Source: Octopus bimaculoides (lineage: Eukaryota). From it: a stretch of 64,000 nucleotides of DNA. Made by a program: the position numbers and the translations under genes. The notes beneath the pieces were generated by a model. That model had not been told where the DNA came from. It saw only the letters and a program-made list of their open reading frames with translations, and did not search any database. The stretch covers positions 27,493,433-27,557,432 of the forward strand of contig NC_068983.1 of assembly GCF_001194135.2 (NCBI RefSeq), in the 5' to 3' direction. Position 1 is the stretch's first letter. Each line of letters starts with the position of its first letter. This document shows positions 40,960 to 53,435 of the stretch, in pieces.

Positions 40960-41169
40960 TACAACACGCTTCTTTCAGTTTCCGTCTGCCAAATCCACTC
41001 ACAAGGTTTTGGGCGGCTCGAGGCTATAGTAGAAGACACTTGCCCCAGGATCCACACAGTGGGACGGAACCCGGAACCATGTGGTTGGTAAGCAAGCTAC
41101 TTGCCACACAGCTACTCCTGCGCCTATGTTAAAAATATTACTTTTCATGCTCGCATTTTTCCATGTAAT
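40182..41169. mobile_element. Long-TIR foldback element (MITE-like) whose right arm is split by a SINE
   Basis: The left arm 40182-40336 matches the reverse complement of 40550-40657 plus 41128-41169. Confidence 0.8.
40658..41125 (-). mobile_element. SINE family B, full length, with internal CA/TA microsatellite
   Basis: The minus strand begins AGGCGCAGGAGTAGCTGTGTGG with a B-box-like GGTTCCGTCCC. Homologous to 56244-57003. Confidence 0.9.
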
Positions 41170-41539
41170 AACAAATGAGAAGTGAACTATCTCTTTAACC
41201 CCGAATAAATTGTAGATTACCCTGAAGAGAAACGAGACCTTATTGGTTAAATTTCGAAATAACGTGATAGGGTCTAATCAAATTACTTCATTCTGTGAGT
41301 TTTATTTCGCTGGAGACAGAATTTCTGGCTTGCTGCTCGCAGTCCCTTGAACATCTCATGAGGTTGGCGATATTGTGTGGCTATTCAAGTTATATATTTT
41401 CTAGCAATTGCAGGTGCTATTTTCTCCTTCATTTATGTATTCTACGGTTTTAGTTATCAATTCCTATAGCCACCTAACTTATAATGTATTCAATATACCT
41501 TAATATGAATTTATCGTTATATCTTAATATATCCTTATA

Positions 41540-41594
<55 letters not shown>

Positions 41595-42699
41595 CACACA
41601 CACATATATATATATACATATATATACACATAGCTATATGTATGTATAATATATATATGTATATTTATAATTATATGTAGGCATATTTATATGTATAAAT
41701 ATATATATATATATATACATACATATATAAACACACATACATATATACACACATATATACATGTATACACACATATATATACAATCATATGTGTATAAAT
41801 ATGTATATGTATACATATAAATTGCCGTATTTGACTATGCGTATATTCATTGTGATTCAATTCTATGACTCACGCACATACAACATATGAAGCAAGCAAA
41901 TATTTATCCTTTAAATATAAAGTCCTTATTTAAATGGAAATAATACTAAGTAATATTGGAATATTAAAAGATTCCAGCAATGTATTCTACATGTCAAAAT
42001 AAAATAAAAACGTAAAATAAATAATACACTTACGTCATAGTAGGAAACTGCGGGAGTTGTCACGCAGATCAATCAATAAATATGTATTCACAAGCGATAT
42101 TTTCCAAAAAAGATTAAATATAGAATTACCATAAGATTAACTAATGCGTATTGAAATAGATGTGAACATTCTTTTACTACACAGGCATGTCTTTATTCGG
42201 AAGTCTTTATTTGTAGGTTATTAATGAAATTTTTCGTATATATATATATATNNNNNNNNNNNNNNNNNNNNNNNNNNNNNNNNNNNNNNNNNNNNNNNNN
42301 NNNNNNNNNNNNNNNNNNNNNNNNNNNNNNNNNNNNNNNNNNNNNNNNNNNNNNNNNNNNNNNNNNNNNNNNNNNTATATATGCATAGATGCACAAACAC
42401 ACACATACCCACATTTAATAACGGTATAACAGTTTGAAATGGCTTCATGCAACTTTCAGATTCGTAGGCAAAACGGATCTAGCTATTCCTACGCCCGGTG
42501 TACTAGGTTCGTTTTACGAGCTGACGAAACTTTAAGGTACACGAAGTCGAATTAAACTGTTATTGATTGATGTGTAACTCCTACGAAATGTGTTAGATAC
42601 AACAATCTTGCGTTCGTCCACTCACACGTGTATGTGTGTGTGTGTGTATGTGTGTGAATGTGTGATTGTTTGTGTACTATGGTAACCAGAAAAGATACG

Positions 42700-43190
42700 T
42701 TTTTGATGGTTGATATTGGAATTAGGCAGAATGCTTCGATAGGGATGTTGAATATGTGTAAATGTTCAAGATAATGTTATAACAAACATTTCCCCTGGAG
42801 AACATATGTTTCAAAGATATCTGCAACTACTCGGGCCTTGCAGCTGGGATAGCATGTAAACTACGTTTGAATACATAAAATGTATCCCCGCTCGAAGTTA
42901 CCGAACGGGCTCTTGTTGATAGGAATCAGCAATATGTTATTTACTGATGCGTGTTGATGTCCGTCAAACTGGTTATAATTCATGAAGTGCACGAAGAACG
43001 ATGAGGATCGAAATAATAATGTATCTAATCATTCTCAATACGTTCTGTCAGATTCGAACTTTAATATCTAATCGCTATTATTTCTCGCCATCAGAGAAGA
43101 TTTCCTTTTAGATAATGTTTATTGATAACATACGCGATTCATCGGTGTGAGTGAACTTTTGAGACACTGCGGTGTTTCGAACCCGCTTTC
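42700..43190 (-). mobile_element. Possible Penelope-like RT C-terminal relic
   Basis: Weak relic translations: KFTHTDESRMLSINII, HYYFDPH..S*IITSL and FYVFKRSLHAI. Many stops. Confidence 0.35.
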
Positions 43191-43874
43191 AGAGAACGTA
43201 AACCTGCCTGATCTATGAACGTAGCTAGAATACAGGTTCTTGTTTATAGGTGGGGTGTATATACTTTGAGGTCCATAGTTTAAAAAATATTAAGTCATAT
43301 CGCTCGAAGATTATGAGGTAGTATTGGCATGAAAACGATAGTATATTTACTGCTGAAAATATCAAACCAGAAATAACTATTGCGCTTAAGTTATATAATT
43401 CTGAGGGATGCAAGTAGCAACTCTTCCGTTAGGTTCTGTTCTACACACAATGAAGAACCGATGAAACTGAAATCTAATGGCAGACATTAAAATATAATTT
43501 CACAATGCCATTGCAACAAATATATGGTAGTGATAACTGAAAAATAAAGTCTAATTAGTTACTATTCTTTATTTCATATATAAGTGTTCGGGAACATGCG
43601 CACATATATATGCTTATATATATTATACTTTTATTTATATATATACACATACTTTCACACACATACACTCTCATATATATATATATATATATATANNNNN
43701 NNNNNNNNNNNNNNNNNNNNNNNNNNNNNNNNNNNNNNNNNNNNNNNNNNNNNNNNNNNNNNNNNNNNNNNNNNNNNNNNNNNNNNNNNNNNNNNNNNNN
43801 NNNNNNNNNNNNNNNNNNNNNNNNNNNNNNNNNNNNNNNNNNNNNNNNNNNNNNNNNNNNNNNNNNNNNNTATA

Positions 43875-43908
<34 letters not shown>

Positions 43909-45842
43909 CAAATTCATACATGCTTACATACATGTGTATGTGTCTCAATGCAAGCTTCATATTATTGCTCGATCGCATTTAAGAAAAAAGTTATATCCCT
44001 TTAGTATTTTGTGTATTTTGTTTTTTTAGCTCATGTATTCTATTTGCTTCCGTAGTTTTCTAAATAACTAATTATTATTTAATTATTTATTTTTACGATA
44101 GTCATATGTTCAATTATATGTCAAATTAAGAGAGTTCAGGTGAGTAAAATTAAAAACACTACAACAGATCACTTAATGTTAATTAGCATTGAATACTGAT
44201 TTGCTTACACTGCTATTATATTAAAATTTGCTGCTGACTTTTTTCCTTTTTTTGGTTTGATATGTTTTCATTTTAAATTTTGTCGTCCATACATATTTGA
44301 AAGTGTTCTCCATCATTTACTATACCTTCTTTTTTTTTTTCTTTTTTATTCCGTCTGCACAGAAATTGTAAGAACTTGAATAAATCAGGATAATTACTGG
44401 GTTTACAAAATTAATAACTGTTATTATCAAAAGTAGTCACGTCAAATAGTAATTAATTGGCTATTAAATTATTTTTCTTCATTGCTACGATATTTATAAA
44501 GAAATACTGTTACGAAATCTTAACAATCAATAATATTTATCCGACTACCAACTTTTATATTTGGACGATTTTTAGTTTTATTTTAAAGCAAATCATGATG
44601 TCCTCAAAAAACAAAACTAAACAAACGATCTATGAACCAAGGGACAAAATAATTTCAAATAAATTTATACAACAAAATATATCTTTCAGTACTGCTCGTT
44701 TACTATTTCATTCACCTACTGTGGCGATGCTGCATCACAGCACACAATAGTAGCTATTTTATCGAACAGAGACATGAAAAAAATTTAACGGTCGCATTAG
44801 GAGTAACGGGTTAAAATAATAAATGGAATACGACATAAATAATCAGAAATATATATTTCACCATCACACTCCATCATTTAGCTAATGAACACATTGAAAA
44901 AGAAAATAAAACGCCCATTGTTAATTCATGATATTATATGACTGGTACATACTTTATCGGATATTTCTGTTTTTCTATACACGTGGTTTTGCCTCTGGTG
45001 GTAAAATTTACTATTAAAGAGGAGATAATATTTTATAGAGTCTCGTATTTGTTTTCTTCCGAGCATTGCCGCTGACATTTCATGCATTTTATGATCGATA
45101 TTTCTATTTAATTTGGATTTATTTCTTAGACAAGAGATCGAAAAATAGGTATATGTTCCATCGTATTATATTGCAATTAAGCTACATTTTTTTAAAATCC
45201 TATAACAGAGTACCAATATATAACTAGTGCATTGTTATTGGCTTGATACAAGATGAAAAAAAACTATGATAAGTAAAATAGATGCAATAGAAGAAAACTG
45301 GATCGATCGATAAAATGAAGAATAATTTCATTCATTATTTATAACACATTCCACTGTAGACATAAGCATTATCGTATGAGTCATGTAATATCGGGGAAAA
45401 TTCAGAGGAGAATCATGCATCTCTTTTCTTACTATATCATAAAAAGTGAACATGCGAGTATTATCTATATATANNNNNNNNNNNNNNNNNNNNNNNNNNN
45501 NNNNNNNNNNNNNNNNNNNNNNNNNNNNNNNNNNNNNNNNNNNNNNNNNNNNNNNNNNNNNNNNNNNNNNNNNNNNNNNNNNNNNNNNNNNNNNNNNNNN
45601 NNNNNNNNNNNNNNNNNNNNNNNNNNNNNNNNNNNNNNNNNNNNNNNNNNNNNNNNNNNNNNNNNNNNNNNNNNNNNNNNNNNNNNNNNNNNNNNNNNNN
45701 NNNNNNNNNNNNNNNNNNNNNNNNNNNNNNNNNNNNNNNNNNNNNNNNNNNNNNNNNNNNNNNNNNNNNNNNNNNNNATAGATAACTATACGCACACACA
45801 CACATATAAAAATGCACACACATTTCATATATATTCATAGAA

Positions 45843-45887
<45 letters not shown>

Positions 45888-48680
45888 GAGGGACTGGGTC
45901 GATACTTGAATCGTTGAACAGATCAAACGATATACCTGGGGAAAACTTGAGTAATATTGAATAAAGTATCAGACGCAAACAAATTATGATGACGTTACAG
46001 AAGATCCGAATCATGACTTGATTATCGTTTAAAGCCGTTGATCGGAGGTGGTAATGCTATAAAAGCGCGAGCTTTATTTCATCTTTACCCAGACGTCTTT
46101 GAATATATAAATCCACATTTGTTGTTTTGTCATTATTGAAGATAAAAGAAGTGGAAGAATAATATGGAAACAAACAAACACTAGTACACTAGATAAAATA
46201 GTTGAAATTGAATTAACATCGTTGCTTTTTTTTTCTTCGATTTCCCAGTTTGTTATCTTTCCAATGCGAGTTAGACTTCATAAGATGGTGATTCTGAGAA
46301 AATGAATAATTGAATGAGCAGAGAGATACTATCCTCTAAATTATTCGTGTATAATATGTAAGAAAAAAGAAGCGGGAACAAATGAAGAGAAAGATCATGG
46401 GCAAAGATAGCGAATTTCTGTTCATAAATGTATCAGTTATCGGACGCTAGAAGAGTATGACAAACTTCTGTGAAAATGTGTTGGTTACTACAAGAGTATT
46501 TCTTGCCATTCTATTATATATTCATGCGCATTACTGATGCACTTTCAACAATAAAACTTTGAAGATATGTATTGTTTTTGAATTTCTAATCCTCGTAGAA
46601 TTTTAATAAAAGGTATGTGCAACTTTTAGTGATGTTTCGGTTGTTTGCTTAACTAAAATTATATGTATTTCTATTTGTTTATCATAACTTTATCTCCTGT
46701 GGTGTTGCCTTTAAATGAGCTGCTGTTTGCTCTAATAACTGACTTGTGTATTTTTAACTACATATATATATATTGCTATAAATTTAAACCCATACGAAAA
46801 TAATCATTATTTTCACCGAAAGGAGAAATTAAAATAGACTTATATAAACTCATACCACACTCACATTTACTTTAGAATGCAATGTAATAATATTAGTTGA
46901 ATAACACAAAAGGTATTTTCAAATAGAGGCAAACTTTACAAATATACCTGCATTGAAAGTAAGTCCAGTAATATTAGAAATTCACATATCCTTTTAGTGG
47001 AAATATGTGGTTTTGTGGCTAAGTTTTTAGACTCATGAGCGTAAGATTATAGTTCTTGAGCGTTGTGTTCTTGAGCGATACATTTCGTGTTGCTCCAGTC
47101 CACCCAACTGAAAAAAGTGAACGATCCTGCCACAGACTGGTGATCCACTCAGGAGGGAATATATACGTATGAGTATTAGGGAAACTGCCGTACTAGTCTA
47201 CAAGACTGGGGAAGTAGATTTAACCATCTTACACATATCTTTTAATTTAAAAGTTAAGTCTAATGTTAATAAAAATTTCTAGTCTCTTTCGAACAGACAT
47301 TTCCATACTACAGTTATCTCCATTACTAAAGTAAATTCATTAATCGGACCTATCTAAATTTTCGTCGCGGCTGTATGGAAAATATGAAAAACTAATTAAC
47401 ATACGGGTAAACAAAAACATGTGAGACACAGTGAACATAGAGAAAAATGAAATCACGTTCGCTCACTCTGGCGTATAAACCAGAAGTGAGAATTATGATA
47501 GACGTGTGTATGGAGGGTGGCAAATGAACGTCAAACTATTACTTGTTAGGTGTTGGGCTGTGTTTCCCCTGGGCAAGCTGGAACACTACAAAATATGGAC
47601 AACGTTTAAAAAAGTCTTTTCTGATACTTTAAAATTCAGTTATTAAGTATCAGAGAAGGATTCATTAAAAGGTTATCATATTGTCTCATGTTCTTTCTTG
47701 GTCTGCGAGAATTCTAGCCTATGGTAGGCTAGCGTTTAACCAGACATTCACTCGATTAATTTTCACACGCCCCAATAACACAGGCGTTGGCTTTCCACAG
47801 CTATCATATAAAAATGTTTATATAACGCTCCAAGATTATGTTTAGATAGACCGTCACAAATCCTCGTCCTGTATGCAAACACATTTTCCCAACAAATCCG
47901 GAACACGCAAATAAATTCAACTTTTAAACTACTGGATAACACATTATATTAATAAATATTTTGCATGTTTAGAAATTCTATTGGACATATATACACCCAA
48001 AAGAACTTGAATAATATTATATTGAAATTGCACTTTCCTCACACTCACACATACCACATAAATTCTTGTGTGTAACCGTTCTGAAATTCTATGAAGGTTA
48101 ACAAAGCTGCACAGATTTGGTCTTTATGCGTATACGACTGCGGTCTCAACAAGGAAATTAATCAAAAATGATATTTCTGAAATAGTTTGTAAATAGTTTA
48201 CACATACACACACATACACACACACACAGATATATGTACGCTCACATACATATATATACACACTCATATAAATCCATACACAAGACACAAACACACTCAC
48301 ACACACATATACATACACATATATATAGCAACTCAGCTTTCCGATAGAACCTATATGGAGGCGTAAGAAATTGTACAACTCATGAAGTTCACTCTTTCGT
48401 GGTTTCTGTGGACCCACACGATTAAATTAGCTGTAAAGGTTACTCTAAAATATTAAACTAATAAATTTATTACTTGAAAAACCATCGTCACGTTGTTCAG
48501 ATAAAGGAAAACTGAGAAGCCAAACAGAGACTGCAAGAACAAAAAGAAAGAACAAAAAAAAGCAAACACATAGGGATAAAATAGCAACGTTGATGTATTT
48601 TTTACCGTTTGTGTACTTTTTAACGTATGATCTCAACTCATCAAACCCGATAACACTACAACAACTTCTACAACACTAGA

Positions 48681-48707
48681 CTAATAATAATAATAATAAT
48701 AATAATC

Positions 48708-48753
<46 letters not shown>

Positions 48754-48790
48754 TAATAATGATGAAAATAATGATGATGATGATGATAAT
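48681..48790. repeat. (AAT)n-(ATG)n compound microsatellite
   Basis: Read directly from the sequence. Confidence 0.95.
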
Positions 48791-49199
48791 CATTTTGGTT
48801 TTTGTTGTTACTACTACTGCTAAACAAGGCGAGCAACTTTTAAATTTTAGAGACGCCTGTTTCTACAAAGAGAAGATGAGAAAAAGATCACCGGAAGGAA
48901 ACAGAGATAACTTTAATGAAAATGGCAACAGCGGCATTTAAGAAGTGACTAGTAAAAGAAATCAAATAGATAGGGTGTGAGTAGAGTTCAGTGATATCGT
49001 ACAAGATTTCTGACAGTAATAAATAGCTGTAAATGTATAAACAGAGTGTTTGTTTATTATTTTGCCAGTGCAGATTGTTAGAGTTAGTAAGGTAGCAGAA
49101 AAAAATCCTGATGGTTTTAATTACATAGATTTGCGTTCTCAGTTCAAATCCTTACGACATTTTTGTTGCGGGTACAGATGAAATATGAAAGAGATTCGT

Positions 49200-49604
49200 T
49201 GTTGTTGTTGGCACTCCCGTCGCTTACGACGTCGAGGGTTCCAGTTGATCCGATCAACAGAACAGCCTGCTCGTGAAATTAACGTGCAAGTGGCTAAGCA
49301 CTCCACAGACACGTGTACCCTTAACGTAGTTCTCGGGGATATTCAGCGTGACACAGTGTGACAAGGATGGCCCTTTGAATTACAGGCACAACAGAAACAG
49401 GAAGAAAGAGTGAGAGAAAGCTGTGGTGAAAGAGTACAGCAGGATTCGCCACCATCCCCTGCCGGAGCCTCGTGGAGCATTAGGTGTTTTCGCTCAATAA
49501 GCACTCACAACGCCCGGTCTGGGAATCGAAACTGCGATACCATGACTGCGAGTCCGCTGCCCTAACCACTAGGCCATTGCGCCTCCACGGCCATTGCGCC
49601 TCCA
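49200..49604 (-). mobile_element. tRNA-derived SINE family C, full length, inverted relative to 8198-8580
   Basis: (GTT)n tail and AGATTCGT direct repeats (49192-49199 / 49604-49611). The 5' 16 nt are duplicated. Confidence 0.92.
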
Positions 49605-51363
49605 GATTCGTGTATTGGTTTTTAACTAATCGACGATTTCTGATCTCAACTCAAATAAAAATCAACTGAGCTGGTGTTAAAAACGTAAAGACCGATTTTG
49701 TTGTCATCATCAGTGAAGATTATCGTATAAAAATGTATAAAGTTTCTCAATAAAGACTAATCCGAAGCAAAAATATTTACACTTGTAACATGAGTGATGA
49801 AAATGAGTGGGATGAGCAAACCTCACATCATTACCAAAATTATATGAAACTACTATTATGGGAAGTCCACTGTCTGTGGATTAGAGAAACTCTGAATTCG
49901 TTAATCATCTAAAGATATAACTTCATATTGTCCGAATAATCTTATAACCACGGATAACGATGTATTATGTGTATAGGAACATAAATGGCAAGTAAATATC
50001 TAAATACACTACGTACCAATATGGTCGAGTATATCAATTTATTACTTAACTCTACTTTATTTTATCCGTCTTCCATAGATGAAAGGGAAATTTGATCTTG
50101 GTGAGATTTGAAGTATGAGCTTGCAGAGTCGAAACAAATAGCGTAAAGCATTTTTACCGATGCTCTAAAGAATGTGCCACTTCTCCACAATCGTCTCATC
50201 TCGAATTAATGTTCTGCATCCATTGTTAAGTATGAACACTTCATGATCCGATTTGATAATTTTGTAAACATTTTGTTTGTATTTTGCACAATGTAACGAC
50301 GGCCCATTAGATACAATTGAAAATGCATCACACAGAGGCGTAGTTAGACATGTAGGTCTTCAAACACACATACACACACGCACATACACACACGCACATA
50401 TACACACGCACATACACACACGCACATACACACAAACACAAACACATACACATACGCACACACTCGCTCACTCACGCATTCACATATTCACACATAAGGA
50501 TGTACATAAAAACAGGATATGAAGCATGACACTGTATTAAGGCTTGTTAAAATATTTATACAAAATCTAATAATGCTAAAACACCTACAAAAATGATACC
50601 CCGCAATTCAGTTTCTTTGTCCCCCTAACACTGCAGTCGCCTACTCGCAAATGTTCGCTTGGGCGTATTTTGTATTGAGGAAGGCCAGAAGACACCTACG
50701 CTTAATGGACACCTGAAATTGCTTATGAGCAATTAGTCTGTGTATGCGCCTGTGTAGTGTGTATATATGTGTGTCTGTTGATTCGTTCAGACCAGTTTGT
50801 GTAAAATTGCATGTCCGTGTGTACGTGTGGATTGCTTGTTTCTGTGTACTTATAAGCTAGTCGGCTAATATATCCGTCTGAACGAAATTTAATATTAATT
50901 ATATTAGCTTTGAAATAATAATAAAAATTGCTACCATAATTTCCTTCCTAATATAACTAACTAACCAGGAAATTATATAAATGTCTTTGCTGAAATCACT
51001 TAATGATTATTTCCAATGTAGCGACAGAAGGAATATTAAAATACATTTCCCTCTCTAACTATAAATAAATCAATCGGAAGGTGAGAGTTGTAATTCGGAG
51101 GCTACGTGCCATCAGACTAGACTAGCTTGGTGAGCAGTCTGTATATTTATAAGTTCGTGCTCGCTCGTATACTTGTGTTATTCTGTTTCTGTTTTACTTT
51201 CTTTTTACTTTTATATCTTCAACGTAGAATAATTGTAACAGCAAACAATTAGTAAAATAAATAATTTAAAACTTATTTTAATGATAAATGGTTTCTATTT
51301 AGTCTCCAGACCGACAATTCTAATACTTGGGACAGTAATCGATATCATTGAACCCAGTATTTC

Positions 51364-51536
51364 TAGATACAGAGGTCCCGATGCATCTACATATCGATAT
51401 GAAGGGGAGGGTTAGTTTTTAGGGTTAGGGTTGGTTAGGGTTAGGGTGTCGTTACACGTCCGCTCAGTGTACATTTACAATGTTTTGTACGTAACCCCTG
51501 TATTTAAGTAGTATCGTTAAGGGACCTCTGTATTTA
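51364..51536. mobile_element. MITE-like element with 16-bp inverted termini and internal TTAGGG repeats
   Basis: TAGATACAGAGGTCCC / GGGACCTCTGTATTTA (1 mismatch). Four TTAGGG units at 51419-51446. Confidence 0.7.
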
Positions 51537-51564
51537 AATGTAACCAGTTTCACTTCAACGTTAA

Positions 51565-51710
51565 AATTTCACCCGCCGAGGTCAACCTTGCCTTTCATCC
51601 TTTCGGGGTGAACAAATTAAGTACCAGTTGCGTACTGGGGTCGATCTAATCGACTGGTCCCCTCCCTCCAAATTTTGTCCCTTGTGCCTAGAGTAGAAAA
51701 GAACATTAAA
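51565..51710 (+). mobile_element. SINE family A, 3' part
   Basis: CCGCCGAGGTCAACCTTGCCTTTCATCCTTTCGGGG..AAGTACCAGTT. Confidence 0.85.
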
Positions 51711-52459
51711 AATTCATTTGTGTCACAATATTTGTAATCGCGATCTGACAAAATTCCACAAAATTGATGCAACACGAAGTTTTGTCAGTGAGCACACACA
51801 CACACACACACACACACATTCATTGCCTTTCATTTCTGTGTATGTGCATCTATGTATGTCCTCCAGTATATATTGTTGCGTGTGTCACTCTTGAAGTCAT
51901 TCATGCAACTTGTTTGTGTATATATTGGCTTAGTGGTATAGAATGTTCGGAAACTGTGAATAAGGGTCAGGTTTGGAGTACTTGCTGGTAACTTTTTTCT
52001 TCTCATCGTCTTCTAATAGTAATTGCCCAACTTCCTAGGCTCTTCTCACAGCTATTCTGCGTTCAAAAATTATACTACAGGTATTTTTTTTTTTAAATTT
52101 TCATTAAAAAAATAATGTCTCTACATTAACAGAATAAACTATTCGTTTTCCAAATGGCGAAATGAAAACATAAAAGAGAAAGTGAGAGTCTTAGTAAATG
52201 AATATAGAATACTCCGCAGTGAATATAATGAATATTTGAATTTGTGAGGAATTATACGCAATGAATGCAATGAATATTGGAATTTGCGAGAAACGGAGTT
52301 TAAAAAATTCAATAAACTTGAGAAATCGAAATTATAGGAAATTGAATTTATAAAAAAAATATTTCCAGACGGTCAAATCTTTAATAATTGCTTTCTTTTA
52401 ATATTTATAGTAAGTGTTACCTAATTAATAAACAGCTTTCTCCATTATAGTATAGATTA

Positions 52460-52860
52460 AGGCGCCGAGCTGCCAGAATCGTTTTCCACATGATGTTAAC
52501 TCTGTATTCCATTTCTCCATCGATCTCCTGATAAAATTTAAAATTTTATCAAACACCTCCTCTACCAACTCAAGACTTTCTAAAATCCAGGAATGAGGAA
52601 CACGTAATAAGCTTTCTTATAACCGATCTATGCCATGCGCTGATTAGTATGTATTTTCTTGCAGTCGTTCAGTCCCACCCTGTTAAGCTAGACGGCGCTA
52701 AGCAGCATTTCATCTGTCTTTACACTCTAAGTTCAAATTTCGCCGAGGTCGACTTTCCTTTTCATCCTATCGAGGTCGATATAGTAAGTACCAGTACTGG
52801 TCTCCTTTTAATCGAACCCCTCCCAGAAGATCACTGGCCATAAACCAGAATTAGAAACCA
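52460..52860 (+). mobile_element. SINE family A, interrupted by a 200-bp insert
   Basis: Head AGGCGCCGAGCTGCCAGAATCGTT (52460-52483). The body resumes at about 52685. Confidence 0.8.
52484..52684 (-). mobile_element. Internal RT fragment of an R4/Dong-type LINE
   Basis: Frameshifted translation DCKK..MA*IGYKKAY..PHSWILESLELV..ILNFIRRSMEKWNTELTSCG matches the WIDYKKAYDSVPHSWI motif. Confidence 0.75.
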
Positions 52861-52864
52861 TTAT

Positions 52865-53435
52865 TATTTTTTATTATTATTCAGTAGTCTTATTTTTATC
52901 ATGTGCTTTCATTGCACTACCGAGCACAGCTCTGTGTACCTCGTCTATGTGCCGTGGTTTGTTGTAGCGCTTCTATTTTCACTGTCTAGAAAGTGTTATA
53001 TGCAGGATGTGTGCGGTGCCTAATAATGCTATTTTCTGTATGCTATATATACTTGTAAGTCCTGAAGTTTTTGTTATGTATTTGTCTGAATTGTTTTTTG
53101 GTCATAACTAATGCGCCTACTATAATAGGAATTATTTCTGCTTTTAGGCTCCACATTGGAGTTACCACTATTTCCAGATCTTTGTATTTTGAAAGTTTCT
53201 CCGTTTCTTTTAGAGAAACATTGTCATCTTTTGTATTGATACATCGATTAGAATACAATTTTTGTTCTTAGGGATCTCTGACAACTATATCCGGCATTTT
53301 ATCCTCGATTCCTTTATCTGTGTGTATTTGCATGTCTCAGTATATGATTGCTTTTTCACTGTTTGTAACCTTTTCTGAGGTGTACCTATACCATATTTTT
53401 CTGTTGCTAATCCATAGTGTTGGCATTACCATTCT
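52865..53435 (-). mobile_element. R4/Dong-type LINE 3' end (restriction-like endonuclease) with (TAA)n tail
   Basis: CQHYG..WYRYTSEKVTNSEKAII*DMQIHTD..MPDIVVRD..DDNVSLKETEKLSKYKDLEI..MWSLKAEIIPIIVGAL is a PD-(D/E)xK RLE. Confidence 0.85.

Noticed and set aside
47714-47732. 8-bp perfect hairpin CTAGCCTA/TAGGCTAG (Helitron 3' end?)
   Set aside because: No CTRR terminus follows, and the stem is short enough to be chance.
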